57,677 bases of DNA from Alphaproteobacteria bacterium. Lineage in GTDB: Bacteria; Pseudomonadota; Alphaproteobacteria; JAJTHO01; CANGYM01. Of this stretch, positions 10,408 to 22,977 are shown piece after piece. The stretch spans positions 1-57,677 of the forward strand of contig JBIIHL010000001.1 of assembly GCA_044235825.1 (NCBI GenBank), written 5' to 3'. Below the pieces are notes generated by a model, which saw only the letters and a program-made list of their open reading frames with translations, was not told the DNA's origin and made no database searches. Numbering within the stretch: the stretch's first letter is position 1; each line of letters opens with the position of its first letter. The position numbers and the translations under genes were made by a program.

Positions 10408-11741
10408 AAGCGCCCCTTAACCAGCTTATTCTTTTTCATCAGCCCATCGTATTGATGGACCAGCAAATGGGAATTGATATGGTTAATGGTATCCATCACC
10501 ACCGTCACCACAATCAGCAAACTTGTGCCCCCGAAATAAAACGGAATGTTGTATTCCGCCATCAAAAACTCAGGAAACAAACACACAACAACCAGATAAC
10601 TGGCCCCAAAAACCGTTAAACGGGTCAGCAAACTGTCAATATAGGACGCGGTGGCCTTTCCTGGACGAATGCCAGGAATAAAGGCGGTGTTCTTTTTCAA
10701 ATTATCCGCAACCTCAACCGGATTAAACACAATGGAGGTGTAAAAAAAACAGAAAAACACAATCAAAGAGGCATACACAATCATATAAAGAGGCTGTCCA
10801 TGCCCCAACATCGCCACGGCATCATTCACCCATGACACAGAACTCTGCCCCCCCGTAAACTGCAGAACCGAGGCCGGAATCACCAACAAAGCGTTGGCAA
10901 AAATCGGGGGAATAACGCCGGCAGTGTTCAGCTTTAGCGGCAAATGAGAGCTCTGGGCCCCATAAACCTGCTGCCCTACCTGACGCTTAGGGTACTGTAT
11001 GGTGATGCGGCGCTGGGCCCGCTCCATATATACCACAGCCACAATCACAGCAACGGCCAGCAAAACAAACATCAACACAGACAGGGACGATATTTGCCCC
11101 GTCCAGCCCAGCGTTAAAAGGGAACTAACCCCCATAGGCAAATGGGCCACAATCCCCGCGAAAATGATCAGGGAAATCCCGTTTCCGATGCCGCGGATGG
11201 TGATTTGCTCACCCAGCCACATCAAATAAACGGTTCCCCCCACCAAAGTGATCACCGTGGTTAATCTGAAAAACAGGCCCGGATTATGAACGGCCGAGCC
11301 GCCCATCCCCTCTAGCCCCACGGCAATGGCATAGCCCTGAATCGCCGTCAAAATTACCGTTAAATAACGGGTGTACTGAATCAATTTGGTGCGGCCATAA
11401 TCGCCGTCTTTTTTCAGCTGTCCCAACTGGGGGGACACCGCCGTCATCAACTGGATGATGATGGATGCAGAAATGTAAGGAAAAATATTCAGGGCAAAAA
11501 TCGACATCCGCCCCAAAGCACCCCCTGCAAAGGCATCAAAAACACCCAGAATGCTGCCGGAATAGCTTTCAAAAACCCCTTTCAGGACACTGGCATCCAA
11601 ACCAGGCACAGGGATGTAGGTTCCCAAACGATAAATGATCAGGGCCCCCAAGGTAAACCAGATGCGGGCTTTTAATTCTGTGGCACGACTGAAGTTACTC
11701 AGCGTTAAACTGGCGGAAAGCTGTTCAGCAGCAGAAACCAT
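10404..11741 (-). CDS. secY: Preprotein translocase subunit SecY
   Basis: Polytopic membrane protein. I chose the start at MVSAAEQL (11741), which matches the usual alphaproteobacterial SecY N-terminus; the ORF extends to 11762. Confidence 0.93.
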   Translation of the reverse strand: MVSAAEQLSASLTLSNFSRATELKARIWFTLGALIIYRLGTYIPVPGLDASVLKGVFESYSGSILGVFDAFAGGALGRMSIFALNIFPYISASIIIQLMTAVSPQLGQLKKDGDYGRTKLIQYTRYLTVILTAIQGYAIAVGLEGMGGSAVHNPGLFFRLTTVITLVGGTVYLMWLGEQITIRGIGNGISLIIFAGIVAHLPMGVSSLLTLGWTGQISSLSVLMFVLLAVAVIVAVVYMERAQRRITIQYPKRQVGQQVYGAQSSHLPLKLNTAGVIPPIFANALLVIPASVLQFTGGQSSVSWVNDAVAMLGHGQPLYMIVYASLIVFFCFFYTSIVFNPVEVADNLKKNTAFIPGIRPGKATASYIDSLLTRLTVFGASYLVVVCLFPEFLMAEYNIPFYFGGTSLLIVVTVVMDTINHINSHLLVHQYDGLMKKNKLVKGRL

Positions 11742-11873
11742 GATGTATTCCCAAAGGACCAATCGAAAGACCCTTTTGTATAGCAGTCCCCCACGATGTC
11801 AAGACGTTAAGAAAATTTTGTCAAAGCCCCTTGGTCATTTCCCGAACAAATAAGAAATGTCCGCGATTTGCCT

Positions 11874-12737
11874 CTACCACCGCCGATGAATCACAAAAGA
11901 CAAAAGATCCGGCAAATGCCCTGCATCGGGCAGGGTGGCTAAGGCCTCTCTGGCTTGTTTTTCCAAATCAAACAGCAGCTCTTCGCTGCCTGCGGCCCCC
12001 AAAAGATTGATGAATGTAACGCGCTGATTGTTCTGATCTTGACCTGTGGTCTTTCCTGTTTCTTGGGGGCAGCCCTCAATATCCAAAAGATCATCACGCA
12101 CCTGAAAAGCCAGACCCAAGACCCCCCCAAACCTTTCCATGGTGCGTAGCAGGTCTTCGCGCCCCCCCAGCAAGCCACCTGCCATGGCCGCTGTTTGGAT
12201 CAAAACACCCGTTTTAAGACGGTGCATGCTTTTTAAGCCTTCCAGCGTTTTCACAGTGCCCGCAATATCCATAGATTGCCCCAAGGCCATGCCGCATCGT
12301 CCCGCCGACATGGCCAAACGATGAATCAAGCGCATCTGGCCTTGGGCTTGGAACACAGCACTGGGGGCGGAAAGCAGAGCGAAAGCCTCTGCCTGCAAAG
12401 CGTCCCCTGCCAAAACGGCTGTAGCCTCATCAAAGGCCAGATGACACGTGGGCCGTCCGCGCCGCAGAGATGCATTGTCCATGCAAGGCAAATCGTCGTG
12501 GATCAAGGAATAGGTGTGAAACACCTCAAACGCCGCCGCAATCTCCCAAAAGGCATCCTCAGGAAATCCCGCCAAATGCAAACTTTCCCGCACCAAAAAT
12601 CCCCGTATGGCCTTGCCAGAGGGCACCGCGCTATAGCGCATAGCCTGATCCAAAACATGGGTCCCTGAGAGGGCTTTGCCCATAAAGACATCCAGATCAT
12701 CAGCAAACGCTTTTAAAATCAGGGGAAAAGACGTCAT
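11874..12737 (-). CDS. ispA: Polyprenyl (farnesyl/geranyl) diphosphate synthase
   Basis: FARM motif LIHDDLPCMDN and SARM motif FQVRDDLLD. I placed the start at MTSFPL (12737); the ORF-track extension to 12842 looks non-coding. Confidence 0.85.
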   Translation of the reverse strand: MTSFPLILKAFADDLDVFMGKALSGTHVLDQAMRYSAVPSGKAIRGFLVRESLHLAGFPEDAFWEIAAAFEVFHTYSLIHDDLPCMDNASLRRGRPTCHLAFDEATAVLAGDALQAEAFALLSAPSAVFQAQGQMRLIHRLAMSAGRCGMALGQSMDIAGTVKTLEGLKSMHRLKTGVLIQTAAMAGGLLGGREDLLRTMERFGGVLGLAFQVRDDLLDIEGCPQETGKTTGQDQNNQRVTFINLLGAAGSEELLFDLEKQAREALATLPDAGHLPDLLSFVIHRRW

Positions 12738-12990
12738 AATTTTGAAAATTTTTGGCGCTGAATCTTTGACATGAAAAAACCAACCCCATAAAACGGCAGG
12801 GGGAAGGTTTTGGCAAGGAAGAAATTGAGAGCATGGGCCCAATCAAGGAAAGACTTGATTTTCTCTCAATCACCAATCTCATATATAATATAGTGACGGC
12901 CTCTTTACACAGCCCCCAAGAGGTTGGTAGAAGAAGAGCCTGATACAAAAAAACAATGCCCGCAAACATTCATAAAGGATAAAGCCCATT

Positions 12991-13317
12991 ATGCAGCCGC
13001 AAATGAATCAAATTTTACAACAGGCCCAAAAAATGCAGCAAAAGCTTCAGCAAGCCCAGCAAGAGGTTGAAAAGCTGGAGCGGGAAGGAACATCCGGCGG
13101 GGGCATGGTGAAAATCACCCTGAACGGGAAATTTCAGGCCCGCGGTTTAAAGGTTGACCCCAGCCTGTTAAAAGAAGAAGAGCGCGACGTGTTAGAAGAT
13201 TTGATCGTCGCCGCCATCAATGACGCCCACCAAAAGATCGAGCAGGCGTCACAGGAAACCATGAGCAAAGTCACAGCGGGCATGCCCTTGCCCCCTGGTG
13301 TGAAATTGCCTTTCTAA
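12991..13317 (+). CDS. ybaB: Nucleoid-associated protein YbaB/EbfC
   Basis: 108 aa. Motifs QQAQKMQQKLQ...GGGMVKITLNG...EDLIVAAINDA. Followed by recR. Confidence 0.9.
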   Translation: MQPQMNQILQQAQKMQQKLQQAQQEVEKLEREGTSGGGMVKITLNGKFQARGLKVDPSLLKEEERDVLEDLIVAAINDAHQKIEQASQETMSKVTAGMPLPPGVKLPF

Positions 13318-13321
13318 AGGT

Positions 13322-13915
13322 ATGATCCAAGGCGAAGAAATCCAGCAGGCCATAAAGGTCTTGGCCCAGCTGCCTGGGTTTGGCCAGCGTTCTGCGCGTC
13401 GCGCTTTGTTGCATCTGTTGATTCACAAAGACAGGAAAATGGCTCCCTTGATTCAGGCCCTACAGACCTGTTATGAAACCATAACAGCCTGCCGGATGTG
13501 TGGTCATTTGGATACGCTTAATCCCTGTCACATCTGCCAATCCCCTCGTCGTCATCGTCACCAGCTGTGTGTTGTTGAGTCTGTTTCCGACCTATGGGCC
13601 ATGGAAAGAACGGGGGTTTATCATGGTCTTTATCATGTTTTGGGGGGGCTTCTTTCGGCTATGGACGATGTTCGCCCCGAACATTTGGGCCTGTCCCGAT
13701 TGACCGAACGCATTCAGGATTTGGGGGTTGAGGAGGTTATTTTTGCCCTCAATGCCTCTTTAGAGGCGCAAACCACCGTGTTTGTCATCACAGAATCGCT
13801 GCCCAAAACCCTGAACATCACCCAGCTGGCCCATGGCATTCCCATTGGGGGAGAGCTGGATTATATGGATGATGCCACACTCCAAACCGCTTTGCAGCGG
13901 CGCGGGGTTTTATAA
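13322..13915 (+). CDS. recR: Recombination protein RecR
   Basis: 197 aa. HhH LPGFGQRSARR, Cys4 zinc finger CRMCGH...CHIC, Toprim region. Confidence 0.93.
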   Translation: MIQGEEIQQAIKVLAQLPGFGQRSARRALLHLLIHKDRKMAPLIQALQTCYETITACRMCGHLDTLNPCHICQSPRRHRHQLCVVESVSDLWAMERTGVYHGLYHVLGGLLSAMDDVRPEHLGLSRLTERIQDLGVEEVIFALNASLEAQTTVFVITESLPKTLNITQLAHGIPIGGELDYMDDATLQTALQRRGVL

Positions 13916-13920
13916 TTACG

Positions 13921-14910
13921 GTGCCTTATCACAATGTGGATCATTATGATGTTCTGGTGGTGGGGGCGGGTTTAGCGGGGTCTATGGTGGCCCACACCCT
14001 TTCCCAGAGGGGTGTTTCTGTGGCAATCTGCGAAAAATCTCCTCATCCCCTCACAGGTGGGGCGTCCCATCATCATGCCTGCGCCCTTTATCCTTTGATT
14101 CATGCGGCCCCTTGCGCTGAGGATGCTTTCTTTTTGCGGGCCTATGAATACGCCCTAAAAACTTTTGGGGGCCAACCCTTTTTTCATCCCGCCCCACTGC
14201 GCCTGCCCACGGGAAAACGACACAGTGCCCTTTGGCAGCATCACTTGGAAACCACAGACAGCGGCACGTATCTTTTAACGGGAGGATGGGTGGATCCCAT
14301 AGCGGCTTGTCAACACTCTCTTCAGGGGATTCCCATTTTTTATAATACATCCTTTCATGATGTGACCACACCCCCTGCTGTGGTTGTTTTTTGTGCGGGT
14401 TCGGGTATGCGGGATTATTTCCCCCATTGGCCATGGCGTTTAACCGCAGGGCAAACCGATTATGGGTATTGGGCGGAAGGGACAGAATCCAATCCTACCA
14501 TTTTTTGTGAAGATGGCTTTATGATTCCCATGATGGAAAAAACCGTGGCCTGCGGCGGAACCTATCGCCCGCATCAGGACAAGGCCCCTGTTTTGATCGA
14601 GGACACTCAAAAAAACCTTTCCAAAGGGCAGGGGCTTCAACCTCATCCCACCCTGAAACCCACCACAGGCGTCAGAATTCGGGGAAAAACCATTCTGCCC
14701 TGTGTGGGGTATGTGGATGATGCAGGAACGTTTGTATCGATCCTGAAAAAAGAAACTCCCTTGCCAAAAGCCATCCCCAAACAATGGGTTTTATCGGGAT
14801 TTGGTTCGCGGGGGATGGTCACCATCCCTTGGTCTGTGGATTGTCTGATGTCTGCGATGCAGGGGTGGACGCATACAGGACCAAAAAAAGACTTGCAATC
14901 GTCGGTGTAG
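13921..14910 (+). CDS. FAD-dependent oxidoreductase, resembles a stand-alone MnmC oxidase (DAO) domain
   Basis: 329 aa with a GTG start. Dinucleotide fold [25 protein letters not shown] resembles the MnmC GASGN..G.LYPL motif. C-terminal GFGSRGM. Confidence 0.5.
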   Translation: MPYHNVDHYDVLVVGAGLAGSMVAHTLSQRGVSVAICEKSPHPLTGGASHHHACALYPLIHAAPCAEDAFFLRAYEYALKTFGGQPFFHPAPLRLPTGKRHSALWQHHLETTDSGTYLLTGGWVDPIAACQHSLQGIPIFYNTSFHDVTTPPAVVVFCAGSGMRDYFPHWPWRLTAGQTDYGYWAEGTESNPTIFCEDGFMIPMMEKTVACGGTYRPHQDKAPVLIEDTQKNLSKGQGLQPHPTLKPTTGVRIRGKTILPCVGYVDDAGTFVSILKKETPLPKAIPKQWVLSGFGSRGMVTIPWSVDCLMSAMQGWTHTGPKKDLQSSV

Positions 14911-14956
14911 GCGTTACATAAGAACCACTTTCGTTTATGGATTTTCGTGTTCTGGT

Positions 14957-17032
14957 ATGTCTCGTCAAACCCCTTTGGATCATTATCGTAACATCGGCAT
15001 CATGGCCCACATTGATGCTGGTAAAACCACAACAACAGAACGTATTTTGTTTTATACGGGTCGCCAGCACAACATTGGTGAAGTTCATGAAGGCAACGCC
15101 ACCATGGACTGGATGGAGCAAGAGCAAGAGCGGGGCATCACCATCACCTCAGCCGCCACAACGTGTTATTGGGCGGGTCATCGAATCAACATCATTGATA
15201 CCCCTGGCCACGTAGATTTCACCATCGAGGTTGAGCGGTCCCTGCGGGTTTTGGATGGCGCTGTGGCCGTTTTTGACAGTGTGGCGGGCGTTGAGCCACA
15301 ATCTGAAACCGTATGGCGTCAGGCCGATAAATACAAAGTTCCCCGGATGTGTTTCGTCAACAAGATGGACCGTATCGGCGCGGATTTCTTTCGCTGTGTG
15401 GATATGATGGTGGACCGTCTGGGGGCCGTGCCTTTGGTGGTTCAGCTGCCGATTGGTGTAGAGTCCGATTTCGTTGGTGTGGTGGATCTGATTAGAAACG
15501 TTGAGATTCACTGGCTGGAAGAAAGCCTAGGCGCCAAGTTTGAAGAGCGTCCCATTTCCGCAGCCTATGAAGAAAAAGCGGCCCAGTACCGCGAAAAAAT
15601 GATCGAGCTGGCCGTTGAGCAAGACGATGACGCCATGGAAAAATACCTAGGGGGCGAAGAGCCGTCTATTGAGGTCCTGCGGGCCTGTATTCGTCGCGGA
15701 ACCATCAAGGGGGTCTTTGTTCCCGTTCTTTGTGGATCTGCCTTTAAAAACAAAGGTGTTCAGCCCCTATTGGATGCCGTTACCTATTACTTGCCCTCTC
15801 CTTTGGATATTGGCGATACAGCGGGTCTTAAGCCCGATTCTGATGATGCGGATTCCCGCAAAGCCTCTGACGAAGAGCCGTTTTCCGGTTTGGCGTTTAA
15901 AATTATGACGGATCCTTTTGTGGGGTCTTTGACATTCGTGCGCGTGTATTCGGGAAAGGTCGAATCTGGCTCTTACGTTCAAAACACCACCAAAGATAAG
16001 CGTGAGCGCATCGGCCGGATGCTGCTGATGCATGCCAATTCCCGTGAGGAAATCAAAGAAGCCTACACCGGCGACATCGTGGCGTTGGTGGGCATGAAGG
16101 ATACAACCACAGGGGATACCCTTTCGGATCAAAAATCCCCCATTATCCTAGAGCGCATGGAATTCCCTGAGCCCGTGATTGAAGTGGCCGTTGAACCCAA
16201 AACCAAAGCTGATCAGGAAAAAATGTCCGTGGCTTTGGGCCGTTTGGCCACCGAGGATCCTTCGTTCCGCGTGTCCGTTGACCATGAATCCGGACAAACA
16301 GTGATTAAAGGTATGGGTGAGCTGCACCTAGAGATCATTGTTGATCGTATGCGCCGCGAGTTTAAGGTCGAAGCCAACGTGGGGGCCCCGCAGGTGGCGT
16401 ACCGTGAAACCATTTCCAAAAAAGTCGAAATTGACTACACCCACAAGAAACAGTCTGGTGGTGCTGGTCAGTTTGCTCGCGTGATTATGACCTTCGAGCC
16501 CTTGGAGCGTAGCGGCGGTTATGAATTCGTCAACAAGGTTGTTGGGGGATCCATTCCCAAAGAATACATCCCAGGGGTTGAAAAGGGCCTGATGTCCGCC
16601 AAGGACACCGGAGCCTTAGCAGGGTTCCCTGTGGTAGATTTCAAGGTGACGTTGACAGAGGGTGCCTATCACGATGTGGATTCCTCGACCTTGGCCTTTG
16701 AAATTGCCGGCCGCGCCGCCTTTCGTGAGGGGATGAGAAAAGCAGGAAGCCAGATCCTAGAGCCCATCATGAACGTTGAGGTGGTCACACCAGAAGATTA
16801 CATGGGTGATATCATTGGGGATTTGAACTCGCGTCGGGGTCAGGTTTCCGGTATGGATCAGCGGGGCAATGCCCGCGTGATTAATGCAATGGTCCCCTTG
16901 TCAAATATGTTTGGATATGTTAATACCCTTCGCTCAATGAGCCAAGGCCGTGCGCAATTCACCATGGTCTTTCATCATTACGAGCCCGTCCCCCACGCGA
17001 TCGCTGAAGAGATCGCAGCAAAACATTCTTAA
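14957..17032 (+). CDS. fusA: Elongation factor G
   Basis: 691 aa. G-domain motifs [21 protein letters not shown]. Confidence 0.97.
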   Translation: MSRQTPLDHYRNIGIMAHIDAGKTTTTERILFYTGRQHNIGEVHEGNATMDWMEQEQERGITITSAATTCYWAGHRINIIDTPGHVDFTIEVERSLRVLDGAVAVFDSVAGVEPQSETVWRQADKYKVPRMCFVNKMDRIGADFFRCVDMMVDRLGAVPLVVQLPIGVESDFVGVVDLIRNVEIHWLEESLGAKFEERPISAAYEEKAAQYREKMIELAVEQDDDAMEKYLGGEEPSIEVLRACIRRGTIKGVFVPVLCGSAFKNKGVQPLLDAVTYYLPSPLDIGDTAGLKPDSDDADSRKASDEEPFSGLAFKIMTDPFVGSLTFVRVYSGKVESGSYVQNTTKDKRERIGRMLLMHANSREEIKEAYTGDIVALVGMKDTTTGDTLSDQKSPIILERMEFPEPVIEVAVEPKTKADQEKMSVALGRLATEDPSFRVSVDHESGQTVIKGMGELHLEIIVDRMRREFKVEANVGAPQVAYRETISKKVEIDYTHKKQSGGAGQFARVIMTFEPLERSGGYEFVNKVVGGSIPKEYIPGVEKGLMSAKDTGALAGFPVVDFKVTLTEGAYHDVDSSTLAFEIAGRAAFREGMRKAGSQILEPIMNVEVVTPEDYMGDIIGDLNSRRGQVSGMDQRGNARVINAMVPLSNMFGYVNTLRSMSQGRAQFTMVFHHYEPVPHAIAEEIAAKHS

Positions 17033-17058
17033 TGACTAACGAAAAGGTAGGAAAAACC

Positions 17059-18234
<1,176 letters not shown>

Positions 18235-18254
18235 AGGTCTTTACATACCCCGAA

Positions 18255-18284
18255 AGAGGCTGCATAATGCGGCCTCTTTTTTTC
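18255..18284 (+). terminator. Candidate rho-independent terminator/attenuator between tuf and rpsJ
   Basis: Stem AGAGGC (18255-18260) pairs with GCCTCT (18272-18277), followed by a T-run (18277-18283). Confidence 0.55.
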
Positions 18285-18313
18285 TGTGAACGTTGTGGAT
18301 ACGAGAATTAACT

Positions 18314-18643
18314 ATGGACGCACAAACCATTCGAGTGCACCTTCGGGCCTTTGATCATCGGATTTTGGATAAATCTGCTGAGCAGATTGTTGATACGGTG
18401 AAACGCACGGGATCTAAGCTTCACGGCCCTGTTCCTTTGCCAACGCGTATTGAGCGCTTCACGGTGTTGCGTTCGCCCCACGTGAACAAAAAATCACGCG
18501 AGCAATTTGAAATGCGCACACACAAACGTTTGATTGATATTTTAAGTCCGACCCCCCAAACGGTGGATGCTCTGATGAAGTTAGAGCTCCCTTCTGGGGT
18601 TGATGTCCAAATTAAGTTGACGCCCATGGGCGCTGTGGCTTAG
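18314..18643 (+). CDS. rpsJ: 30S ribosomal protein S10
   Basis: Start at [19 protein letters not shown]. Motif [17 protein letters not shown]. Confidence 0.95.
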   Translation: MDAQTIRVHLRAFDHRILDKSAEQIVDTVKRTGSKLHGPVPLPTRIERFTVLRSPHVNKKSREQFEMRTHKRLIDILSPTPQTVDALMKLELPSGVDVQIKLTPMGAVA

Positions 18644-18653
18644 GAGAGGTCCC

Positions 18654-19430
18654 ATGACAAAGCGTACAGGTTTAATTGCTAAAAAATTGGGGATGACCCG
18701 TCGTTTTTCCGCCGAGGGTGTTTCTTCGGCTGTGACGGTGCTCAGCTTAGAGGGTTGTCAAGTCATTGGTCAGCGGACTCAGGATCGTGACGGATATACG
18801 GCGGTTGTTTTGGGCGCTGGGGATCGTCGTGCTTCCCGCGTGAACAAAGCGCAGCGTGTTCAGTATGCCAATGCCAACCTTTCCCCCAAAGCCATCGTGC
18901 GGGAATTTCGTGTTGAGTCTGACGCTTTCCTCGATGTGGGTGCCGTCCTTCAGGCCGATCACTTTGTTGTGGGTCAAAAGGTGGATGTGATTGGAACATC
19001 CGTCGGTAAAGGTTTTGCCGGTGCCATGAAGCGTCACAATTTTGGTGGTTTGCGGGCGTCTCACGGGGTGTCCATCAGTCACCGTTCCCACGGATCCACA
19101 GGTCAACGTCAGGACCCTGGAAAGGTTTTTAAAGGCAAAAAAATGGCCGGTCATATGGGGGACGTGCGCGTTACCCAGCAAAATTTAGAAATTTTGGAAA
19201 CCGACGTGGTCCGTGGTTTGGTTTTTGTAAAAGGCAGCATTCCCGGCGCCACGAACAGTTTTGTTTTGATTCAAGATGCGGTGAAGTCTCCCTCCCAAGA
19301 CTTACCGTTTCCTGGTTCCGTGGTTTCTGCGGCTCCTGCTCAGGATGCTCAGGCCCCTTCGTCTGAATCTGAAGGTGCTGTTTCCGAGACTACCTTGAGT
19401 GAATCCTCTGGTGATACGTTAGAAAGTTAA
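18654..19430 (+). CDS. rplC: 50S ribosomal protein L3 (with acidic/Ser-rich C-terminal tail)
   Basis: 258 aa. Motifs [11 protein letters not shown] and [10 protein letters not shown]. Confidence 0.95.
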   Translation: MTKRTGLIAKKLGMTRRFSAEGVSSAVTVLSLEGCQVIGQRTQDRDGYTAVVLGAGDRRASRVNKAQRVQYANANLSPKAIVREFRVESDAFLDVGAVLQADHFVVGQKVDVIGTSVGKGFAGAMKRHNFGGLRASHGVSISHRSHGSTGQRQDPGKVFKGKKMAGHMGDVRVTQQNLEILETDVVRGLVFVKGSIPGATNSFVLIQDAVKSPSQDLPFPGSVVSAAPAQDAQAPSSESEGAVSETTLSESSGDTLES

Positions 19431-19440
19431 GAGTCGTTTT

Positions 19441-20067
19441 ATGCAGTACGCCTTGTTTACAGGACCTGATTTTAAATCCACGGATGTGGCTTTGAGAGAT
19501 GATGTCTTCGCCATTTCCCCCCTTCGCCCCGATATTATGGCGCGGGTGGTTCAGTGGCAGTTGGACAAACGTCGCTCGGGTTGCCACAAAACCAAGGGCA
19601 TTTCTGAAATTCAAGGGACAACCAAAAAACCCTATAAACAAAAAGGCACGGGGAATGCCCGTCAGGGGTCTTTGCGTTCCCCCCAATACCGTGGTGGTGC
19701 CACGATTTTTGGGCCTGTGGTTCGGGATCATGGGTATTCTTTAAACAAAAAAATACGGGCTTTGGGCCTGAAGCATGCGCTTTCTTCCAAATGTCAGGAT
19801 CAGTCTTTGGTTCTGATCGATGGTTATCCTGCTTTTGAAAAAGCCAAGGATGCGTCGGCTTGGACCAAGAAGCTTGGTTTGGTCAAGCCTTTGTTTATTG
19901 TCAATCAGGCGGACATGGATGCGCCTTTTGTCAGAGCCCTGCGCAACCTTAAAGACGTTCGCCTGCTGGCCTTAGAAGGTCTGAACGTTTACAGTTTGCT
20001 TCAGGCCCGTCATGTTGTTCTCACGGCAGCCGCCAAAGACGCTATTGAGCAGAGGTTTTCGGTATGA
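19441..20067 (+). CDS. rplD: 50S ribosomal protein L4
   Basis: 208 aa. Motif KQKGTGNARQGSLRSPQYRGG. Confidence 0.95.
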   Translation: MQYALFTGPDFKSTDVALRDDVFAISPLRPDIMARVVQWQLDKRRSGCHKTKGISEIQGTTKKPYKQKGTGNARQGSLRSPQYRGGATIFGPVVRDHGYSLNKKIRALGLKHALSSKCQDQSLVLIDGYPAFEKAKDASAWTKKLGLVKPLFIVNQADMDAPFVRALRNLKDVRLLALEGLNVYSLLQARHVVLTAAAKDAIEQRFSV

Positions 20068-20387
20068 AGCAAGGTCTACTTTCCACAAAAAAGAGAAAAA
20101 TCAGCTCTTTTGATATCCTCCGCCGTCCCATTGTGACTGAAAAATCCACCCTTCAGGGGGAAATCGGCAACAAAGTCGTTTTTGAGGTTTTGCCTGGCGC
20201 CACCAAAAATGATGTCAAGCTGGCCATGAAAGAGGTTTTTTCTGTTGTCGTTGAAAAAGTCAACATGATTCATCTGCCCGCAAAAACCAAGCGGTTCAAA
20301 GGCATGGTTGGGCGTCGCGCCGCCACAAAAAAAGCCATTATTACCTTAAAGGCTGGCGAAACCCTTAATTTTTTTGATGGAGTCTAG
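20064..20387 (+). CDS. rplW: 50S ribosomal protein L23
   Basis: 107 aa. Motif ILRRPIVTEKST. ATGA overlap with rplD. Confidence 0.93.
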   Translation: MKQGLLSTKKRKISSFDILRRPIVTEKSTLQGEIGNKVVFEVLPGATKNDVKLAMKEVFSVVVEKVNMIHLPAKTKRFKGMVGRRAATKKAIITLKAGETLNFFDGV

Positions 20388-20390
20388 ATC

Positions 20391-21218
20391 ATGGCCTTAA
20401 AAGCCTATAAACCCGTTACCCCTGGAACCCGTGGCTTGATTCTTTCCACGTCCTCGGATCTTTGGAAGGGTCGCCCTGAAAAAAGTTTGGTTTCCGGTAT
20501 TTCCTCAACAGGGGGCCGTAACAATCTGGGGCGCATGACGAATCGCAACATCGGTTCGCGTCATAAGCGTCTGTACCGTCAAGTTGATTTTAAACGCATT
20601 AAGCGTGATATCGTGGGCACGGTGGAGCGTTTGGAATACGATCCCAATCGTACCGCCTACATTGCCCTCATTTCTTATGACGATGGGGAAAAGGCTTATA
20701 TCTTGGCCCCCCAAAAGTTAAAAGCCGGAGACAAGGTCCTTGCCGGAGAGAAGGCCGATATCCGTGTCGGGAATGCGTTGCCTTTGGCCAACATTCCTTT
20801 GGGGACTGTGGTTCATAATGTCGAAATGAAACCTGGCAAAGGTGGCCAGCTTGCCCGCAGTGCGGGGGCTTCGGTTCAGTTGGTGGCGCGGGATCAGGGG
20901 TATGCTCAGCTGCGTCTCTCTTCGGGTGAGGTTCGCCTTGTTCTTTCGTCGTGTTATGCCACGGTTGGGATGGTTTCCAATCCAGATCATCAGAACGAAG
21001 TTTTGGGAAAGGCCGGTCGTAATCGCTGGAAAGGCCGCCGTCCCCATGTTCGTGGTGTGGCTATGAACCCTGTGGATCACCCGCATGGTGGTGGTGAGGG
21101 AAAAACCTCCGGTGGACGTCATCCTGTGACCCCGTGGGGAAAGTCCACCAAAGGAAAGCGGACACGCCGCAACAAGGCGACGTCCAAGTATATTGTCAAA
21201 CGACGCTATCAGAAATAA
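20391..21218 (+). CDS. rplB: 50S ribosomal protein L2
   Basis: 275 aa. Motifs [18 protein letters not shown] and GRNN. Confidence 0.97.
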   Translation: MALKAYKPVTPGTRGLILSTSSDLWKGRPEKSLVSGISSTGGRNNLGRMTNRNIGSRHKRLYRQVDFKRIKRDIVGTVERLEYDPNRTAYIALISYDDGEKAYILAPQKLKAGDKVLAGEKADIRVGNALPLANIPLGTVVHNVEMKPGKGGQLARSAGASVQLVARDQGYAQLRLSSGEVRLVLSSCYATVGMVSNPDHQNEVLGKAGRNRWKGRRPHVRGVAMNPVDHPHGGGEGKTSGGRHPVTPWGKSTKGKRTRRNKATSKYIVKRRYQK

Positions 21219-21237
21219 GAAATAAAGGACACTGCAT

Positions 21238-21516
21238 ATGCCCCGCTCTGTTTGGAAAGGTCCCTTTGTTGACGGGTATTTGATTGATAAAGCCGCTAAA
21301 GTTGCCTCCTCTGGCCGCCGCGATATCATCAAAACTTGGTCACGCCGCTCAACCATTCTCCCCAACTTTGTGGGGTTAACGTTCGGTGTTTACAATGGTA
21401 AAAAATTTGTACCTGTGACGGTGAATGAAGACATGATCGGCCACAAGCTGGGTGAATTTGCCCCCACGCGGACCTTTTTAGGTCATGGCGCGGATAAAAA
21501 AGCGAAAAAGAAATAG
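21238..21516 (+). CDS. rpsS: 30S ribosomal protein S19
   Basis: 92 aa. Motifs [12 protein letters not shown] and [13 protein letters not shown]. Confidence 0.97.
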   Translation: MPRSVWKGPFVDGYLIDKAAKVASSGRRDIIKTWSRRSTILPNFVGLTFGVYNGKKFVPVTVNEDMIGHKLGEFAPTRTFLGHGADKKAKKK

Positions 21517-21525
21517 GGTGTTGTT

Positions 21526-21870
21526 ATGAGCCGTCTTGTCCAAGCCATGAACACTGTTGTGCGCAGCAGTCCCCAAAAACTAAACGTTGTTGCGGGCAGC
21601 ATTCGCCGTAAACATGTTCAGGATGCTATTCACATCCTCAACTTTTCCCAAAAACGTGTGGCGGATGTGGTTTTAAAAACCCTAAACTCTGCCATTGCCA
21701 ACGCCGAACACAACCATGGTTTGGATGTGGATCGGTTGTATGTCAAAGAGGCGTTTGTGGGAAAAAGCTTGGTTATGAAACGTTTTCGGGCCCGCGCCCG
21801 TGGCCGTGGGGCTCGTATTATGAAGCCTGTCAGTCGTATCACCGTTATTCTGGCAGAAGAGGAGATTTAG
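21526..21870 (+). CDS. rplV: 50S ribosomal protein L22
   Basis: 114 aa. Motifs [21 protein letters not shown]. Confidence 0.93.
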   Translation: MSRLVQAMNTVVRSSPQKLNVVAGSIRRKHVQDAIHILNFSQKRVADVVLKTLNSAIANAEHNHGLDVDRLYVKEAFVGKSLVMKRFRARARGRGARIMKPVSRITVILAEEEI

Positions 21871-21873
21871 GTT

Positions 21874-22533
21874 ATGGGTCAGAAAGTTAACCCCATCGGG
21901 TTCCGTTTGAAAGTGAACAAAGACTGGGATTCCCGCTGGTTTGCCGGTAAGAATTATCAGGAAACCTTGCTGCAGGATCTTGAAATCCGCAAGTATTTGG
22001 AAAAGCGCCTGAAGTCTGCCTATATCAGCAAAATAGTGATTGAGCGTCCGGCCAATAAGCCCATCGTGAATCTTTACTCGGGTCGTCCTGGATTGATTAT
22101 TGGTAAAAAAGGGACAGATATTGAATTGCTGCGCAAAGACTTAGCTAAATTTCTGGGACGCGATGTTCAAATCAACATCGTTGAAATTCGCAAACCTGAA
22201 ATTGAAGCCAAGTTGGTGGCCCAGAACGTGGCTTCCCAGCTTGAAAAACGGGTAGCTTTTCGTCGTGCCATGCGTCGTGTGGTCCAGTCGGCTCTGCGTT
22301 TCGGCGCCGAGGGGATTCGGATTAACTGCAGTGGTCGTTTGGGGGGTGCGGAAATCGCCCGTATGGAATGGTACCGTGAGGGTCGGGTTCCCTTGCACAC
22401 CCTGCGTGCTGATATCGACTATGGGGAAGCAGAAGCTTTGACAACCTATGGCGTTATTGGTATTAAGGTTTGGATTTACAAAGGTGAAATTCTCAAAGAT
22501 GGCGAGCGCGAAGATTTGCGCCCCGCCGCATAG
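21874..22533 (+). CDS. rpsC: 30S ribosomal protein S3
   Basis: 219 aa. Motifs [12 protein letters not shown] and a KH domain. Confidence 0.97.
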   Translation: MGQKVNPIGFRLKVNKDWDSRWFAGKNYQETLLQDLEIRKYLEKRLKSAYISKIVIERPANKPIVNLYSGRPGLIIGKKGTDIELLRKDLAKFLGRDVQINIVEIRKPEIEAKLVAQNVASQLEKRVAFRRAMRRVVQSALRFGAEGIRINCSGRLGGAEIARMEWYREGRVPLHTLRADIDYGEAEALTTYGVIGIKVWIYKGEILKDGEREDLRPAA

Positions 22534-22555
22534 ATAACCATAACGGAGTTTAGGC

Positions 22556-22972
22556 ATGTTTAGCCCTAAAAAAACAAAATACCGCAAGGCCCACAAGGGA
22601 CGCATCAAAGGCGAGACCAAAGCCGGAGACCGTCTTAACTTTGGCCAATTTGGCTTAAAGGCCCAGACGGCGGATCGGATTACGGCCCGCCAGATCGAGG
22701 CTGCTCGTCGGGCCATCACCCGTCACTTGCGCCGTGCGGGCAAGCTATGGATTCGCGTGTTTCCAGACTTACCGGTTTCCCGTAAACCTGCCGAAGTGCG
22801 TATGGGAAGTGGAAAAGGAACCCCTGAATTTTGGGCCTGTCGTGTGGCCCCTGGGCGCATCCTTTTTGAAATTGAGGGCGTATCTGAAGAGCAAGCGCGT
22901 GAAGCTTTTGCCTTGGCCCACGCCAAGTTGCCCATTCAGTCCAAATTTGTTAAACGTTTGCCGTGTGAGTAA
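22556..22972 (+). CDS. rplP: 50S ribosomal protein L16
   Basis: 138 aa. Motifs [13 protein letters not shown] and RMGSGKG. Confidence 0.97.
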   Translation: MFSPKKTKYRKAHKGRIKGETKAGDRLNFGQFGLKAQTADRITARQIEAARRAITRHLRRAGKLWIRVFPDLPVSRKPAEVRMGSGKGTPEFWACRVAPGRILFEIEGVSEEQAREAFALAHAKLPIQSKFVKRLPCE

Positions 22973-22977
22973 AGATT

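Noticed and set aside
12738-12969. Upstream extension of ispA and the 89-aa ORF 12700-12969
   Set aside because: The conserved polyprenyl synthase N-terminus begins at M36 (12737). The remainder is an AT-rich divergent promoter region.
12843-12990. Possible SRP (4.5S) RNA upstream of ybaB-recR, as seen upstream of dnaX-ybaB-recR in some bacteria
   Set aside because: The conserved domain IV motif (GGAAGGAAGCAGCC-like and its symmetric-loop partner) is not present. Only a vague purine-rich resemblance exists (GGTAGAAGAAGAGCC).
20718-21365. 215-aa minus-strand ORF antisense to rplB/rpsS
   Set aside because: Antisense to two universally conserved ribosomal protein genes, with no recognisable domain.
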